From the NCBI GenBank assembly GCA_963665115.1, contig OY762007.1, forward strand, positions 2,912,001 through 2,976,000: 64,000 nt of DNA, read 5' to 3'. Source of the stretch: an uncultured Rivularia sp. (GTDB lineage: Bacteria; Cyanobacteriota; Cyanobacteriia; Cyanobacteriales; Nostocaceae). A program made the position numbers and the translations under genes. Positions within the stretch are counted from its first letter, which is position 1, and each line of letters starts with the position of its first letter. Below the pieces are notes generated by a model that worked only from the letters and a program-made list of their open reading frames with translations, was not told the origin of the DNA and did not search any database. Below, one piece after another: positions 41,933 to 53,284 of this stretch.

Positions 41933-43765
41933 TTAGCTTTGCTCAGATAATTGAAGGTATTTTCTCCAAAACTCAATAGATTTCAAACGATTGAAGGCAT
42001 TTTTCCATTCTGAGTTTACATATGACCATTTATTAGTATTTTTCATAATGATTTGCAACCATCTAGCTAAAAGCTTAATCGCAACACTTCTATTCATGTC
42101 ATGCTGAGAAATAGAATCATTTCCTTCTCTCAGGAAAATAATCTGCTTTTTACCAAATGAACTGTACCAAAAGTCAGAAGAATCAGATCCTTTCCGACTG
42201 TATGCAGGCTTATTACTCAATAATAATTTTGGCAGTAAATGACCATTTAAACTTAGAAGTGAAATTATTTTTTTTAGACTTGTAATATTTGAGTTGTCAT
42301 TAAATTGATTGCCTGGAGAAGAATCAAATTTTTTAGTCTGAATATCGTAACTTTTGCTAAGTGCTACGACGCTTCCATGTAGCTTCTCTGGATCGGTGCT
42401 TTCAATGAATTCAGGACCTTTCATGTAATCTTCAAAGCCATTAATCATCATTAATGCAGTATTATAATCAAATGAGAATATGCTATATAATATTGACTTA
42501 GTAACAAACTTAACCATATTTAGATAGCTTGATGAGGAATGAATAGAATTTGCTACCAAATGATTTCGATATGTATAATAATTATCCCAAATTGGGTTTT
42601 TTGCATAGAAAGGTTCGTGCCAAACTGCTATTCCGGGGAAAGCTACTATTGATTTAGCAAGGCTTTTTTTAATCCTTAGTCCAAACTCCATATCGTCTAT
42701 CTTTATAAACAAGGGAAGTGGTAATCCTATTTCTTTAACAGTTTCTCTAGAAAAAGAGAAAAACCAAAATCCGCCATAGTCTGGACTCTCTTCTGAGAGT
42801 AAAAGATTAGTAACATTGGAATCTTCAAGATTAAGTTTTGGTTTTAAGCAAATTACTCCAAATGGATTATATTTGGCTTTTCCGTTACTATCTAAAGATT
42901 GCCCGTACAGCGCTCCTGCTTCATACAATATATGTTTGTTGTACAAATCCAACATACTGCCAGCAATAGCAAAGTCCTGTTTGGCATATTCGTACAAAGG
43001 GAAAAGTCGATAAAGAGATTCACTTTCTAGTTCTATATCATCATCCATGAAAAGAAAGTGTGTATGAGTATCAACTTGTAATGCTTGAATTAAGCCTCGC
43101 GTAAATCCTCCAGAACCTCCTACATTTCTGTTAGGAATTAATTTGACTTTTGAATTACTAAATTCATCTTGCTTTAGGGTTTTTCCATTATCGACGATGA
43201 AAACTTCCAACTGCTTGTCTTGCAATAATTCGTCCTTGAAAATTGCGTTAACTGTATTTTTTATATAAATTTCTTTCTTAAACGTACAGCTAATAATGCC
43301 TAAAGATACTTCCCTAGTTTTAGGTTGCTCGGTTGCAATGTTTCCACCGGAAAATAAGCCAGATTCACTTAAGCAAGTGATTTCAAGATAGATTCTGCCA
43401 GCATCTTCACTCCGCCAATTGTCTGGGAAAGCGATTTTTACAGGCTGCGAAAGTTGACAATTTTCAAAATTTTTTACAAGTGTAATTTCTCTATTTTCTA
43501 CACCATACTTTTCTCTATACAAAGATATTTGAAAATCACCTTCGAGCCTTAATAGGTAATATAGAGACTCAAGATCAGTATATTTGGCATAAAATGTTTC
43601 ATAAAATGAATTGAAGTAAGTGTTTAAAGAGATAACACTGTTTTCAGTTAGAGTAACTTCTGCATTTTCTTCCTGGATATCTAAATATGCACCTTTAGTG
43701 CAATTAATATACAGGCTAGAAGTTTCAAGTGTACGAGGAAATTGGATTCTGCTAATTATGTTCAT
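41933..43765 (-). CDS. Galactofuranosyltransferase (GlfT2-like GT2)
   Basis: N-terminal TYFNSF domain, N.GGSGGF.RG, MDDD, PLPLFIK.DDMEFGLR, VWH; next to glf. Confidence 0.8.
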   Translation of the reverse strand: MNIISRIQFPRTLETSSLYINCTKGAYLDIQEENAEVTLTENSVISLNTYFNSFYETFYAKYTDLESLYYLLRLEGDFQISLYREKYGVENREITLVKNFENCQLSQPVKIAFPDNWRSEDAGRIYLEITCLSESGLFSGGNIATEQPKTREVSLGIISCTFKKEIYIKNTVNAIFKDELLQDKQLEVFIVDNGKTLKQDEFSNSKVKLIPNRNVGGSGGFTRGLIQALQVDTHTHFLFMDDDIELESESLYRLFPLYEYAKQDFAIAGSMLDLYNKHILYEAGALYGQSLDSNGKAKYNPFGVICLKPKLNLEDSNVTNLLLSEESPDYGGFWFFSFSRETVKEIGLPLPLFIKIDDMEFGLRIKKSLAKSIVAFPGIAVWHEPFYAKNPIWDNYYTYRNHLVANSIHSSSSYLNMVKFVTKSILYSIFSFDYNTALMMINGFEDYMKGPEFIESTDPEKLHGSVVALSKSYDIQTKKFDSSPGNQFNDNSNITSLKKIISLLSLNGHLLPKLLLSNKPAYSRKGSDSSDFWYSSFGKKQIIFLREGNDSISQHDMNRSVAIKLLARWLQIIMKNTNKWSYVNSEWKNAFNRLKSIEFWRKYLQLSEQS

Positions 43766-43824
43766 CTGAATCTTACTTACTTTTGAAATAGTTTATGTTT
43801 AGATAGTAGATGCCACACTCAGAT

Positions 43825-44949
43825 TCAACGATTAGCTATCTCTTTCTCAAACAGGCCAAGCGCTCGTAGCACTGTGTGATCCATATCGTAATACTTGTAA
43901 TCAGCAAGTCGTCCGGCAAAAAGTACTGTCCCGTTGAGTTTCTCTATTTCTTTTTGATAAAGATCGAGACGTTGACGGTTTTCTTCATTAAGAATGGGGT
44001 AATAAGGGTCATTTTTACCCGGTACATAAGCTTGAGGATATTCCATCACCAATGTAGTTTTGGATGAGTTTTGTCCTGACAAATACTTCTGTTCGGTAAT
44101 GCGGGTGATGTCATAGTCGTTGGGGTAGTTGACTGTACCAACTTCTTGATAGTGTTCTTGCTCCAAAGTTTCAAAGTGAAAACGCAAACTACGATATGGT
44201 AATTCGCCATGCATATAATCGAAGAAGGTATCAATCGGTCCGGTGCAAAGTATCCGGTTAAACGTAACGTCGTTGATAATTTCGCGATAATCCGTATTCA
44301 ACATCACCTTAATGTTGGGGTGATCCAACATTTTGTTAAACATTTCAGTGTAGCCAAGCTTGGGCATTGCTTGGTAGGGGTCTTGAAAATAACGGTTATC
44401 TCTGCTAATGTATACTGGAACACGTCCTGTTACTGCGCGATCTAGTTCCTCTGGTTTTACTCCCCACTGTTTCATAGTGTAGCGGAGGAAGACGTTATCA
44501 TAGATATAGTCGGCTAAAAAAGTTAAGTCACCGCTAGCACTTTCACGCAGTTTTAAAATGGGTACTTTGACCCCAAAACCGAAGTTTTCTAAGAGTAAAT
44601 TCTCCAGCTTTTCTGCGTATTTTGGCGGAAAAAGGGCGTAAAGAGAATTTAAATTAAAGGGGATAGGAACCTTTTTACCTTCCACTACTCCCAGCACATG
44701 GTGATAGTAATGTCTCCACTCAGTAAATTGGGAGAGATAATCCCAAACTTTTTTAGATTTGGTGTGGAAAATATGAGGTCCGTATTTGTGAACTAAAATG
44801 CCATGTTCATTGTAGTAGTCGTAGGCATTACCGCCAATATGATTCCGTTTTTCTACAATCAGTACTCGGTGGCCTAGTTCATTTGCGACTCGTTCGGCGA
44901 TGACGCAAGCAGAATATCCAGCGCCGATAATTAACCAATCAAATTTCAT
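43825..44949 (-). CDS. glf: UDP-galactopyranose mutase
   Basis: GAGYS, HIGGNAYD, HKYGPHIFHT, PYYP, GRLA.Y.YYDMD. Confidence 0.95.
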   Translation of the reverse strand: MKFDWLIIGAGYSACVIAERVANELGHRVLIVEKRNHIGGNAYDYYNEHGILVHKYGPHIFHTKSKKVWDYLSQFTEWRHYYHHVLGVVEGKKVPIPFNLNSLYALFPPKYAEKLENLLLENFGFGVKVPILKLRESASGDLTFLADYIYDNVFLRYTMKQWGVKPEELDRAVTGRVPVYISRDNRYFQDPYQAMPKLGYTEMFNKMLDHPNIKVMLNTDYREIINDVTFNRILCTGPIDTFFDYMHGELPYRSLRFHFETLEQEHYQEVGTVNYPNDYDITRITEQKYLSGQNSSKTTLVMEYPQAYVPGKNDPYYPILNEENRQRLDLYQKEIEKLNGTVLFAGRLADYKYYDMDHTVLRALGLFEKEIANR

Positions 44950-45147
44950 TTTTTACGTTTCCTTAATTAGACATCTTTATCCACAGAATTTTGATTCATG
45001 TATATCAAAAATCACTCGACTTATACTAGATTAATTCATTGTTTGTCTAGCTAAAATATCCTGAATTAATATGAATATTTCAGCAAAAACTAACTGCACT
45101 CTTGCCTTAGTAGCAAACGAGAGCTAATAGTGATTATTTATCAATTA

Positions 45148-46584
45148 TCAAGCAGGGTTACTCAATGTTTTTACCAGAATACTACGTTTGATTTTGCCTA
45201 CCATAACTCTTAAGTTATGAGTAGCACTGAGTATATTCGGATTGAGGATAATTCTGAAAATGATGTTACTTCTAGCAACTGAAGCAGGTGTCCATGCACC
45301 ATTAAATGACTGCTTACCAAAAATGAGTAGTTTCAAACAATTAATCACACTATAAGCAGGTGCTAATTCATAAAGTACTTTCTCAGCCTGATCATCAGCA
45401 ATTAAGAAAGAACCAAAAACTTTAGATTCTTCAAAGGAAGGATGATAGATTAAAGAATCTACCAAAATATCGGCAGATATCAAAAATAGTTCGACGGAAC
45501 AATCGGACTCACTCAAATTAATAGTCAACTGTTGCGTAAACTCAACTACAGCATTTTGAAGGATATATAACCCCCAATCAATTGCAGTTTGGTTTTTTTG
45601 ATAGCGTAGAACTGGAATATACCCATCGCCTTGCATTTCATATTTCATGGTACCACCATGATCGGCGGATACAAACATCTCAATTATATGTCTGTACTGA
45701 GAAATATGCTTACCTGGTTTCTCTATAGTATAAAATGCCAGCAATTGGTCAGTAGAAAGAGCTTTTAGTTGTTTTTCTAAGCCAAAGTAAAATCCATAAA
45801 CTCCTGATTCCGGATATAATCCAGCACTTTTTAACAAGTTACTGAAAGAACGGTGTGCCCGCCCCAGCCAACCGATATCAACAATCGCAAAAGGTAAACC
45901 ATCACCAATTTTTTCTTGACGGAAATAACCAATTGCCCTTTCACGATAGGTAGCAGCAGTCGCTAGAATTAATTCCACCACCTGTGCTTCTCGAAAAACC
46001 TGCTTGAGTTGGTCGCGCTCGTTACGATTAAGATTGCGATTCCACTCAGATTTAGCAAAGTCAAACCTTTCTAGCACATCTTTAATTTGCTCTGGGGTGA
46101 TATTTACCCGTTCGCACACTGAATGCACTGATAAAAACGTCGTGCCCTCTATTATCCATGCTAATTCGGCTTCCCCAACCTGCATTAATGCAGGAGCGTG
46201 CCATGCTTGACGAGAACCGTAGAAATAGCGACACTCAATATTATATTCCCAGTTTTTACAGATAATTTGGGCAATTTTGTGTAATATCTGTCCATCTCTA
46301 GCAACAAAATAGAGTCTTTTAATTCCTCTTTTTTTAGCTTCTACTAAGCACCAATGAACGAAGCCAAACAATATCGGCGCGATCGCACTAGCGGTTGTAT
46401 CCCAGATAACTTGTTTATCAAAACTTGTTTCTTTTGATTGCAAGCGGGTATCTTTACTGACTTTAGCAAGTAGGTTGCGGAAGTCGGATGGTAGCTGGGA
46501 GTCTTGTAAAATCAGTTTTTCGTATCGATTTAGGTGAGTTATCATAAAATTCTCGTCATGAAGATTTGCATTCAACGCAATCAA
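45148..46584 (-). CDS. Glycan phosphoribosyltransferase-like protein lacking the HAD domain
   Basis: YFVARDG, YGSRQ and IVDIGWLG (PRPP-binding loop-like); paralog of the C-terminal part of 46640-48659. Confidence 0.65.
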   Translation of the reverse strand: MIALNANLHDENFMITHLNRYEKLILQDSQLPSDFRNLLAKVSKDTRLQSKETSFDKQVIWDTTASAIAPILFGFVHWCLVEAKKRGIKRLYFVARDGQILHKIAQIICKNWEYNIECRYFYGSRQAWHAPALMQVGEAELAWIIEGTTFLSVHSVCERVNITPEQIKDVLERFDFAKSEWNRNLNRNERDQLKQVFREAQVVELILATAATYRERAIGYFRQEKIGDGLPFAIVDIGWLGRAHRSFSNLLKSAGLYPESGVYGFYFGLEKQLKALSTDQLLAFYTIEKPGKHISQYRHIIEMFVSADHGGTMKYEMQGDGYIPVLRYQKNQTAIDWGLYILQNAVVEFTQQLTINLSESDCSVELFLISADILVDSLIYHPSFEESKVFGSFLIADDQAEKVLYELAPAYSVINCLKLLIFGKQSFNGAWTPASVARSNIIFRIILNPNILSATHNLRVMVGKIKRSILVKTLSNPA

Positions 46585-46639
46585 CTACGATAGACCTTTC
46601 ATCTATTCGAGTTACAAGTGGGTATATCAGCATAAATAA

Positions 46640-48659
46640 TTAAGTAGCTTTACTTAGTGCCTTCCTGAAGATGCTACGTCTCAAGTAACCTCCAATCACT
46701 CTCAGAGGATGAACTATATTGACTATTCTTTCATTCATCAATATTTTGAAAATAGGGTTGCTTCTTTTAAACGCTCCTGGTACCCAAACATTCTGATGTG
46801 GATGTTTACCGCGACTTATAAGTCGAAAACAGTCAATCAAATTGTAAGCAGGTGATAGTTCATAAAGTCTATTTTCACCTTGATCTTCAGCCATTAAGAA
46901 AGAGCCAAAGACTTTTGCTTCATCCAAAGAAGGATTTTGCACAAACTCTTCCATCAAAAGATTAGTTGCTTGAATAAATAATTCGGTGGGACATTCCTGC
47001 TGACTCAAATTTGTTGTTAATTGTTTAGAAAACTCAACAGTGGCATTCTGAAGAACGTATAGTCCCCAATCAATTGCGACTTGATTCTTTTGATAGCGCA
47101 AAACAGGATTATATTGATTGCCGCATTGCTCGTATTTAACTGTACCACCATGATCTGCGGCGAAAAATAACTCAAATAGACATCTGTATTGGCAAATTAG
47201 ATCGCGATCGCCTACAGGGTTGTCACCGTCATAGAAATAAGTAAGTAGTTTGTCGTTTGGAAATGCTTTAACTCGTTTTTCCAAAGCAAAGTAAAATCCA
47301 TGCATACCGGATTCTGGATATAACCCGGCACTTTTAAGTACTTTGCTCAAAGAAGCAAGCGACCCTTCCAGTCCATCCAATATCGACAATCCCAAATAAG
47401 CCATCACCCATTTTTTCTTGGCGGAAATATCCAATTGCTGCTTCTCGGTAACTAGTAGCAGTTGCGACAATTAACTCTACTACTTGTGGTTCTTGAAAAG
47501 CTTGTTTTAGGTGCTTGCGTTCGTCAGAACTCAGATTATGATTCCATTCGGATTTAACAAAGCCAAATTTTTCCAAAACATCTTCAATCTGCTCTGGTGC
47601 TATATTAACCCGTTCGCAAACTGAATGTACTGATAAAAATGTTGTATCATTAAAAATCCAGAAGTATTCTGCTTCTCCAACCTGCATCAATGAAGGTGCG
47701 TGCCAAGCTTGCCGGGAACCATATAAATAGCGACAATCAATTTCGTATTTCCAATTTTTACAAATCTCTTGAGCTATTTTATGAAGAACTTGCCCATCTC
47801 TGGCAACAAAATAAAGCCTTTTAATTCCTCTTTTTTTAGCTTCTTCCAGACACCAATAAACATACCCGAATAGCACGGGAGCGATCGCACTAGCAGTTGT
47901 GTCCCAGATTACTTTTTTATCAATACTTGTTTCCTTTGACTGCAATCTGGTCAGTCGGCTCATTCCAGCAAGCAGGGAGCGAAAACGTAATGGTAATTTG
48001 GAGTCTTCTACAATCAGTTTTTCGTATCGATTTAAGTGGGTTTGAGTAATGGGTTCAACCTTAACTCCTTGTTTTTTAGCCATTTTCACGTCAGAGTGTA
48101 AGTTGTCTCCAATATGAGTTAACTCAGACGCTTTGACTGACTCATTTTTCAAGCAATGTTGATATAATTTACCATTTGCTTTGCTTTTTTCTATTTCGGA
48201 TGAGACATACAAAGTACTATCCGGTGTCCAGACATTGTTTTCTTTGAGAAAAGTCCGAATTGTTTCCTCAGATAAATACATATCTGACATATAGATCAGC
48301 CGATTATTTACTTGTTGTAATTTTTGTATTCTTTGCTGTATTGCTGGTACCGGACGCAAAGAAGCCAACTCTAGCTCAATTTCTTTGTGCATAGCTTGTT
48401 GAGCTTGAGTTGTTGACCAACCCAACAAAGGAGCTAATTGTTGATAGATTTGTTGTACGCTGACTTCTCCAGTTTTCGATGCATCTCTGGCTGCGCTTTC
48501 TGCTTTTATCCGTATCTGCTGCCAAGAATCTGCTGATACCTCGATTAATTTTTGTTGCCTGAACTGTTCTCCCAATTCCCAAAATAAGTCTGTGGGTTTT
48601 GCCCAGACTCGAACTAAACACGTTTCAAATACATCGAAGGAGTAGACTTTTGTAACCAT
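46640..48659 (-). CDS. HAD phosphatase + phosphoribosyltransferase fusion (ribofuranosyltransferase-like), +1 frameshift at 47363-47365
   Basis: HAD motifs SFDVFET, SDMYL, K, HIGDN..SD; then FVARDG and VDIGWTG; the two frames join as GWTGR-SLASLSKVLKSAG, matching the paralog. Confidence 0.7.
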
Positions 48660-48718
48660 AATTACTCAATGTTAATTTCCAAATTACTTGATTTTGTGAT
48701 TTATAATGGTCGTTTACT

Positions 48719-49711
48719 TTAAGTAAACAAGCTACTCATGGAAGCTTCTTTATGAATCCGAAAAATAGCTTCACCAATATAGTTGGCGATAGATATTACT
48801 TTTAATTGTGAAAAATGCTTTTCTTTCGGAATCGGAATCGTATTTGTGACTATTACTTCTTCAAGACAACCACTTGATAGTCGTTCAACCGCAGGAGAAG
48901 ACAACACTGCATGGGTTGCACAAGCATAAACTTGTCTTGCTCCTTCTTGACGAAGAATCTTTGCTGCTTCTGTAATAGTTCCAGCAGTATCAATCATGTC
49001 ATCTACAAGAATGGCAGTCTTACCACGCACATCACCAATAACATTCATTACTTCAGCACAGTTATGAGCTTGACGGCGTTTATCAACAATAGCGAGTGGA
49101 GCATCATTAAGCTTTTTGGCAAATCCTCTTGCCCTAGCTACACCTCCGATATCGGGAGAAACTACTACAACATTGGAGAGATTTTTATTGCGAATGTAGT
49201 TTAAGAGAACAGGGGAACCGTAGATATGATCTACAGGAATATCAAAAAATCCTTGAACTTGGGCAGAATGTAAATCTACTGCGACTACTCGATCTGCCCC
49301 TGCTTGAGTAATCAAGTTTGCGACTAGTTTAGCTGTGATTGCTTCACGTCCGGTAACTTTACGATCTGCTCTGGCGTAACCGTAGTAAGGTAAGACTGCC
49401 GTAATCTGCCGTGCTGAAGCCCGACGGCAGGCATCAATCAAAATCATCAATTCCATGAGGCAATCGTTGACAGAATGGCAAGTTGGCTGAATTAGAAAAA
49501 CATCGCCACCCCGAATTGACTCTTGAATTTGCACATAAATTTCGCCATCTGCAAACTGTTTGCGAACTGTAGGAATTAAATCAACGCCTAGATAACGAGC
49601 GGTATCTTCAGCTAGTCCAACATTAGCCGAACCTGAGACAAGACAAAAGCGATCGCTGTCGGAAATTTTTGATCTAGTTGATGGACGAGGTGCGGTTGCA
49701 GAGCTAATCAT
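48719..49711 (-). CDS. prs: Ribose-phosphate pyrophosphokinase (PRPP synthetase)
   Basis: FADGE, PYYGYARADRK, DLH..Q.QGFF, VSPD.GG, VDDMIDTAGT. Confidence 0.95.
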   Translation of the reverse strand: MISSATAPRPSTRSKISDSDRFCLVSGSANVGLAEDTARYLGVDLIPTVRKQFADGEIYVQIQESIRGGDVFLIQPTCHSVNDCLMELMILIDACRRASARQITAVLPYYGYARADRKVTGREAITAKLVANLITQAGADRVVAVDLHSAQVQGFFDIPVDHIYGSPVLLNYIRNKNLSNVVVVSPDIGGVARARGFAKKLNDAPLAIVDKRRQAHNCAEVMNVIGDVRGKTAILVDDMIDTAGTITEAAKILRQEGARQVYACATHAVLSSPAVERLSSGCLEEVIVTNTIPIPKEKHFSQLKVISIANYIGEAIFRIHKEASMSSLFT

Positions 49712-49778
49712 AGGATAATTTCCTCAAGAATTTATCAGCTTTTAATGAAGTTCGCGGTCAAATTTTTGGTAGATCGTG

Positions 49779-51041
49779 TTACACCTTGAATAGTTGTTTT
49801 GATTGCTTTATATCGTCCGAAAGCGGAAGATTTTGGTAGATTTTCAAATGCCTTTCGAGAAACGCAGTCTTAGAAAAGTTATTTTCAACATCCTTTCTTG
49901 CCTGCTGACCCATTTCTCTCAAGTTAGGAGATAATAATGCTTGACGCAATGCTTGGTTTAATGCTTGTTGGTTGGCTGGTTCAACTAAAATACCGTTGCT
50001 TCCAGATTGGATCATTTCTGGAACTCCTCCGGTGGCAAAACTAACTACTGGAGTAGACGCAGCCATTGCTTCAAGAACTGTAAGTGGCAGATTATCGGCA
50101 AGAGTACAGAAAAGCATAATATCTGCTGCTGAATAAACCTGAGCCAAAAGTTGAGGGTCTTTTATATAACCCATTTCTTTAACCTCAAGCCCTTCTAATG
50201 CCTGCTTCAATTCCGTGTTACAAATTCCTACCGAGATAACAATTGGAGACAAATCGCGCACGCTTTGAAGAGCGGCGATCGCAAACTTCACTCCCTTACG
50301 AGGATCGTCGAGAACGTGTGCTGAAATGGCAACTACTGGACGATTTTCTGGAATGCCTAAACTAATTTTTACATCCTCTTTTTTTTCCGTAGGGAAAGGT
50401 TTTAAATCAATACCATAAGGAATGACTAAAGGTGACGTATTAAATTTAAGTGACTTATGAGCTTCTGAAAGCATCCAATTGCTCGGAAATATGTAGCGAA
50501 TAGGAAAGCGATCTGCAACCCATCGTTTAATTGACTGAACTTGTCTTGTGCGATCGGGAATTGGTTTTTGATTTTTCCCTATTGGTAATTGAGGACACTG
50601 ATGACAATGGGTAGTAAACTTATCACAGTCCATTGGGTAAAGACAATAACCCGTGAAAGCTGAACAGTCATGTACCGTAAAAAAAGTGGGTTTCCGTCGA
50701 GCCGTTAAAGCTAAGGTAAGCGGAGATATAGCAGTATATAAATCGTGAAAATGAACAATATCGTAATTATCAATAACCCAATTCAGATTTATCCAATATT
50801 CAGCAGGAAAAAGTTCGTAGAAACCTAATTCATTTGTCTTTTGATGAATTTTTTTACAAAGTTTAATTCTACGACCACCTCCATAAAGATTTTGCTGAAA
50901 TGAAAGGGGTTCGTTACAGTGAAAAGCAACAAAATGGTCTGCCAAATGTCCAGCATCATTTAACCAAGCAGCCAAGTCCTCAGCGACTCTACTTGCTCCA
51001 CCTCCACTTCTATCAGATTTACTAACAACGGCTACTTTCAT
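49779..51041 (-). CDS. GT4 glycosyltransferase (WcaC-like)
   Basis: GGGA, TVHD.SAFTG.C, DNLPLTVLEAMA. Confidence 0.88.
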   Translation of the reverse strand: MKVAVVSKSDRSGGGASRVAEDLAAWLNDAGHLADHFVAFHCNEPLSFQQNLYGGGRRIKLCKKIHQKTNELGFYELFPAEYWINLNWVIDNYDIVHFHDLYTAISPLTLALTARRKPTFFTVHDCSAFTGYCLYPMDCDKFTTHCHQCPQLPIGKNQKPIPDRTRQVQSIKRWVADRFPIRYIFPSNWMLSEAHKSLKFNTSPLVIPYGIDLKPFPTEKKEDVKISLGIPENRPVVAISAHVLDDPRKGVKFAIAALQSVRDLSPIVISVGICNTELKQALEGLEVKEMGYIKDPQLLAQVYSAADIMLFCTLADNLPLTVLEAMAASTPVVSFATGGVPEMIQSGSNGILVEPANQQALNQALRQALLSPNLREMGQQARKDVENNFSKTAFLERHLKIYQNLPLSDDIKQSKQLFKV

Positions 51042-51064
51042 TTTTGATAAATATTAAGTATTTT

Positions 51065-52174
51065 CTATGTGTTTGCTTTGATTATTGCTTTAAATTTTAA
51101 TTTGCCTACTATACGTAATAGCAAATTTTTTATACCTTTAATATAATATTTAACTAATCCTAATGGGTACCACATTAATGTGTATAGAGAGATATAAATT
51201 TTTGCTATAAATTCATCTTTATTACTTAAAGTTTTCATCCAGGCAATAAATTGGTTGCCTGTTAAGGTCTGTAATTCTTTAGATAGCTCGCTTTTAGAAA
51301 TGCTATTTGACGTTTTTCGATTAACAAATGCCCTAGTTATTTCCTTCATCAGATTATGTGTTACTATAAGCTTTTTATTAACTGGAATAGTTTTCGTTCT
51401 ACCATACTCCATCCAGAATTCTTTTAAAAATAACGCTTCTTCAAAACTGATTTCTTTGCCGATTAACTGATGAATGTTCTGTTTAACTTGATTTATGACA
51501 TAAGCTTCTTGCTCAGAACTTTTTACCAAACTTATACTTTGATTATGACGACGCTGTTGTAATAAAACTTCCGGTAATATAAAAATTTTTCTAATTTTAA
51601 CTATACGACACCAAAGCTCGTAGTCTTGGCTATAACGGTAGCTCTCACAATAGCCACCTAGATCTAGTACTAGTTTTTTTCTAAAAACTACTTGGCTGTG
51701 ACCTGATAAGCGGTTAAAGAACAATAAATACCAAGCTACTAAATCAGGAGCACAAGCACTTAAATCTTTTCCTATAAAACCACCTTCAGGGTTAATATAT
51801 TCTATTTCACAAGACGCTAAAGCAACTTCTAAATGTTTATCAAGTAATAATACTTGTTTCTCAAAACGTTGAGAAAAAGAAATATCATCTGCATCCTGAC
51901 GCGCAATATATTCTCCTTTTGCTATATTTAGCCCTTTATTAAGTGACTTTGTTAAGCCAATATTTTCTTCATTATTAACTAAAACAATACGCGAATCTTT
52001 TTCTGCATATTCGTTGATAATTTCCCAACTATTATCAGTAGAACAATCATTAATTATAATAAATTCAAAATCAGTAAAAGTTTGATTTAGAATACTTTCT
52101 ATAGATTCTCGCAAATAAACAGAGCCATTATAAACCGACATTAACACGCTGATTTTAGGCGTTGATGTATTCAT
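51065..52174 (-). CDS. GT2 glycosyltransferase
   Basis: ISVLMSVYN, NDCSTD, ARQDADD, QDYELW. Confidence 0.9.
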   Translation of the reverse strand: MNTSTPKISVLMSVYNGSVYLRESIESILNQTFTDFEFIIINDCSTDNSWEIINEYAEKDSRIVLVNNEENIGLTKSLNKGLNIAKGEYIARQDADDISFSQRFEKQVLLLDKHLEVALASCEIEYINPEGGFIGKDLSACAPDLVAWYLLFFNRLSGHSQVVFRKKLVLDLGGYCESYRYSQDYELWCRIVKIRKIFILPEVLLQQRRHNQSISLVKSSEQEAYVINQVKQNIHQLIGKEISFEEALFLKEFWMEYGRTKTIPVNKKLIVTHNLMKEITRAFVNRKTSNSISKSELSKELQTLTGNQFIAWMKTLSNKDEFIAKIYISLYTLMWYPLGLVKYYIKGIKNLLLRIVGKLKFKAIIKANT

Positions 52175-52178
52175 ATTT

Positions 52179-53168
52179 TTATACTTGGTAATAAGAACGA
52201 TACCACTCGACAAAATATTTCAGACCTACATCCAGTGATGTCTCGGGCTTAAAGCCTGTATCTTTAATTAAATCCTCGATATCAGCGTATGTTTCTGGAA
52301 CATCACCTGGTTGCATTGGAAGCAGTTCTTTTTGAGCTTTTACCCCAAGGTGTTTTTCTAAAGTCTCGATAAAGTCAATAAGATTAACGGGCTGATTGTT
52401 ACCAATGTTATAAATTTTGTAAGGTGCTGATTTTGTTTCTGCTGTTAAATTCGATTGAGGAATTTTGTTTGTAACTTTAACTATTCCTTCTACAATGTCA
52501 TCAATATAGGTAAAATCCCGGCGCATTTTACCGTAGTTAAATACTTTAATTGGTTTTCCACTTAAAATTGATTTAGTGAATGAAAAATAAGCCATATCAG
52601 GTCTACCCCAAGGACCGTAAACCGTGAAAAATCGCAGACCTGTTGTTGGTATTTGATATAAATGGCTGTAGGTATATGCCATTAACTCGTTAGCTTTTTT
52701 CGTTGCTGCATACAGGCTAACTGGATGATCAACTTGATCGCCTACAGCAAAGGGAATCTTGGTGTTTGCGCCGTAAACTGAGCTTGAAGAGGCATAAACG
52801 AAATGTTGTACTTCTACGCGACGGCACCCTTCTAAGATATTAGTAAAGCCTACTAAGTTACTGTCAATGTAAGCATGGGGATGCGTTATCGAGTAACGAA
52901 CACCTGCTTGGGCTGCTAGGTGAATTACTACATCTGGTTTGCTGTTAGCAAATAATTCATCTACTTTAGACCGATTTGCCAAGTCTAATTGAAAGAATTG
53001 GAAATTTTTGCGATTGAATAATTGTTCTAAGCGTGCCTGTTTTAAGCTGACATCATAGTAGTCATTTAAGTTATCAATACCGATGATAGTTTGACCGTTG
53101 GCTAATAATTGTTGGCTTAGATGAAAGCCAACGAAACCTGCTGCTCCTGTAACTAAAATTTTGCTCAT
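52179..53168 (-). CDS. NAD-dependent epimerase, UDP-glucuronate 4-epimerase type
   Basis: TGAAGFVG, HLAAQAGVRYS, YAATKK, RFFTVYGPWGRPDMA. Confidence 0.92.
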   Translation of the reverse strand: MSKILVTGAAGFVGFHLSQQLLANGQTIIGIDNLNDYYDVSLKQARLEQLFNRKNFQFFQLDLANRSKVDELFANSKPDVVIHLAAQAGVRYSITHPHAYIDSNLVGFTNILEGCRRVEVQHFVYASSSSVYGANTKIPFAVGDQVDHPVSLYAATKKANELMAYTYSHLYQIPTTGLRFFTVYGPWGRPDMAYFSFTKSILSGKPIKVFNYGKMRRDFTYIDDIVEGIVKVTNKIPQSNLTAETKSAPYKIYNIGNNQPVNLIDFIETLEKHLGVKAQKELLPMQPGDVPETYADIEDLIKDTGFKPETSLDVGLKYFVEWYRSYYQV

Positions 53169-53284
53169 ATCACATCAATAATTTATGTATTGAACTTCAC
53201 TGAACCAAAAGCTTCTTGTAGTAACAGACGCTTTTGTAAAATACAGAATTCAAAAACTTTGTCACACGAATATTGTTATACTGC

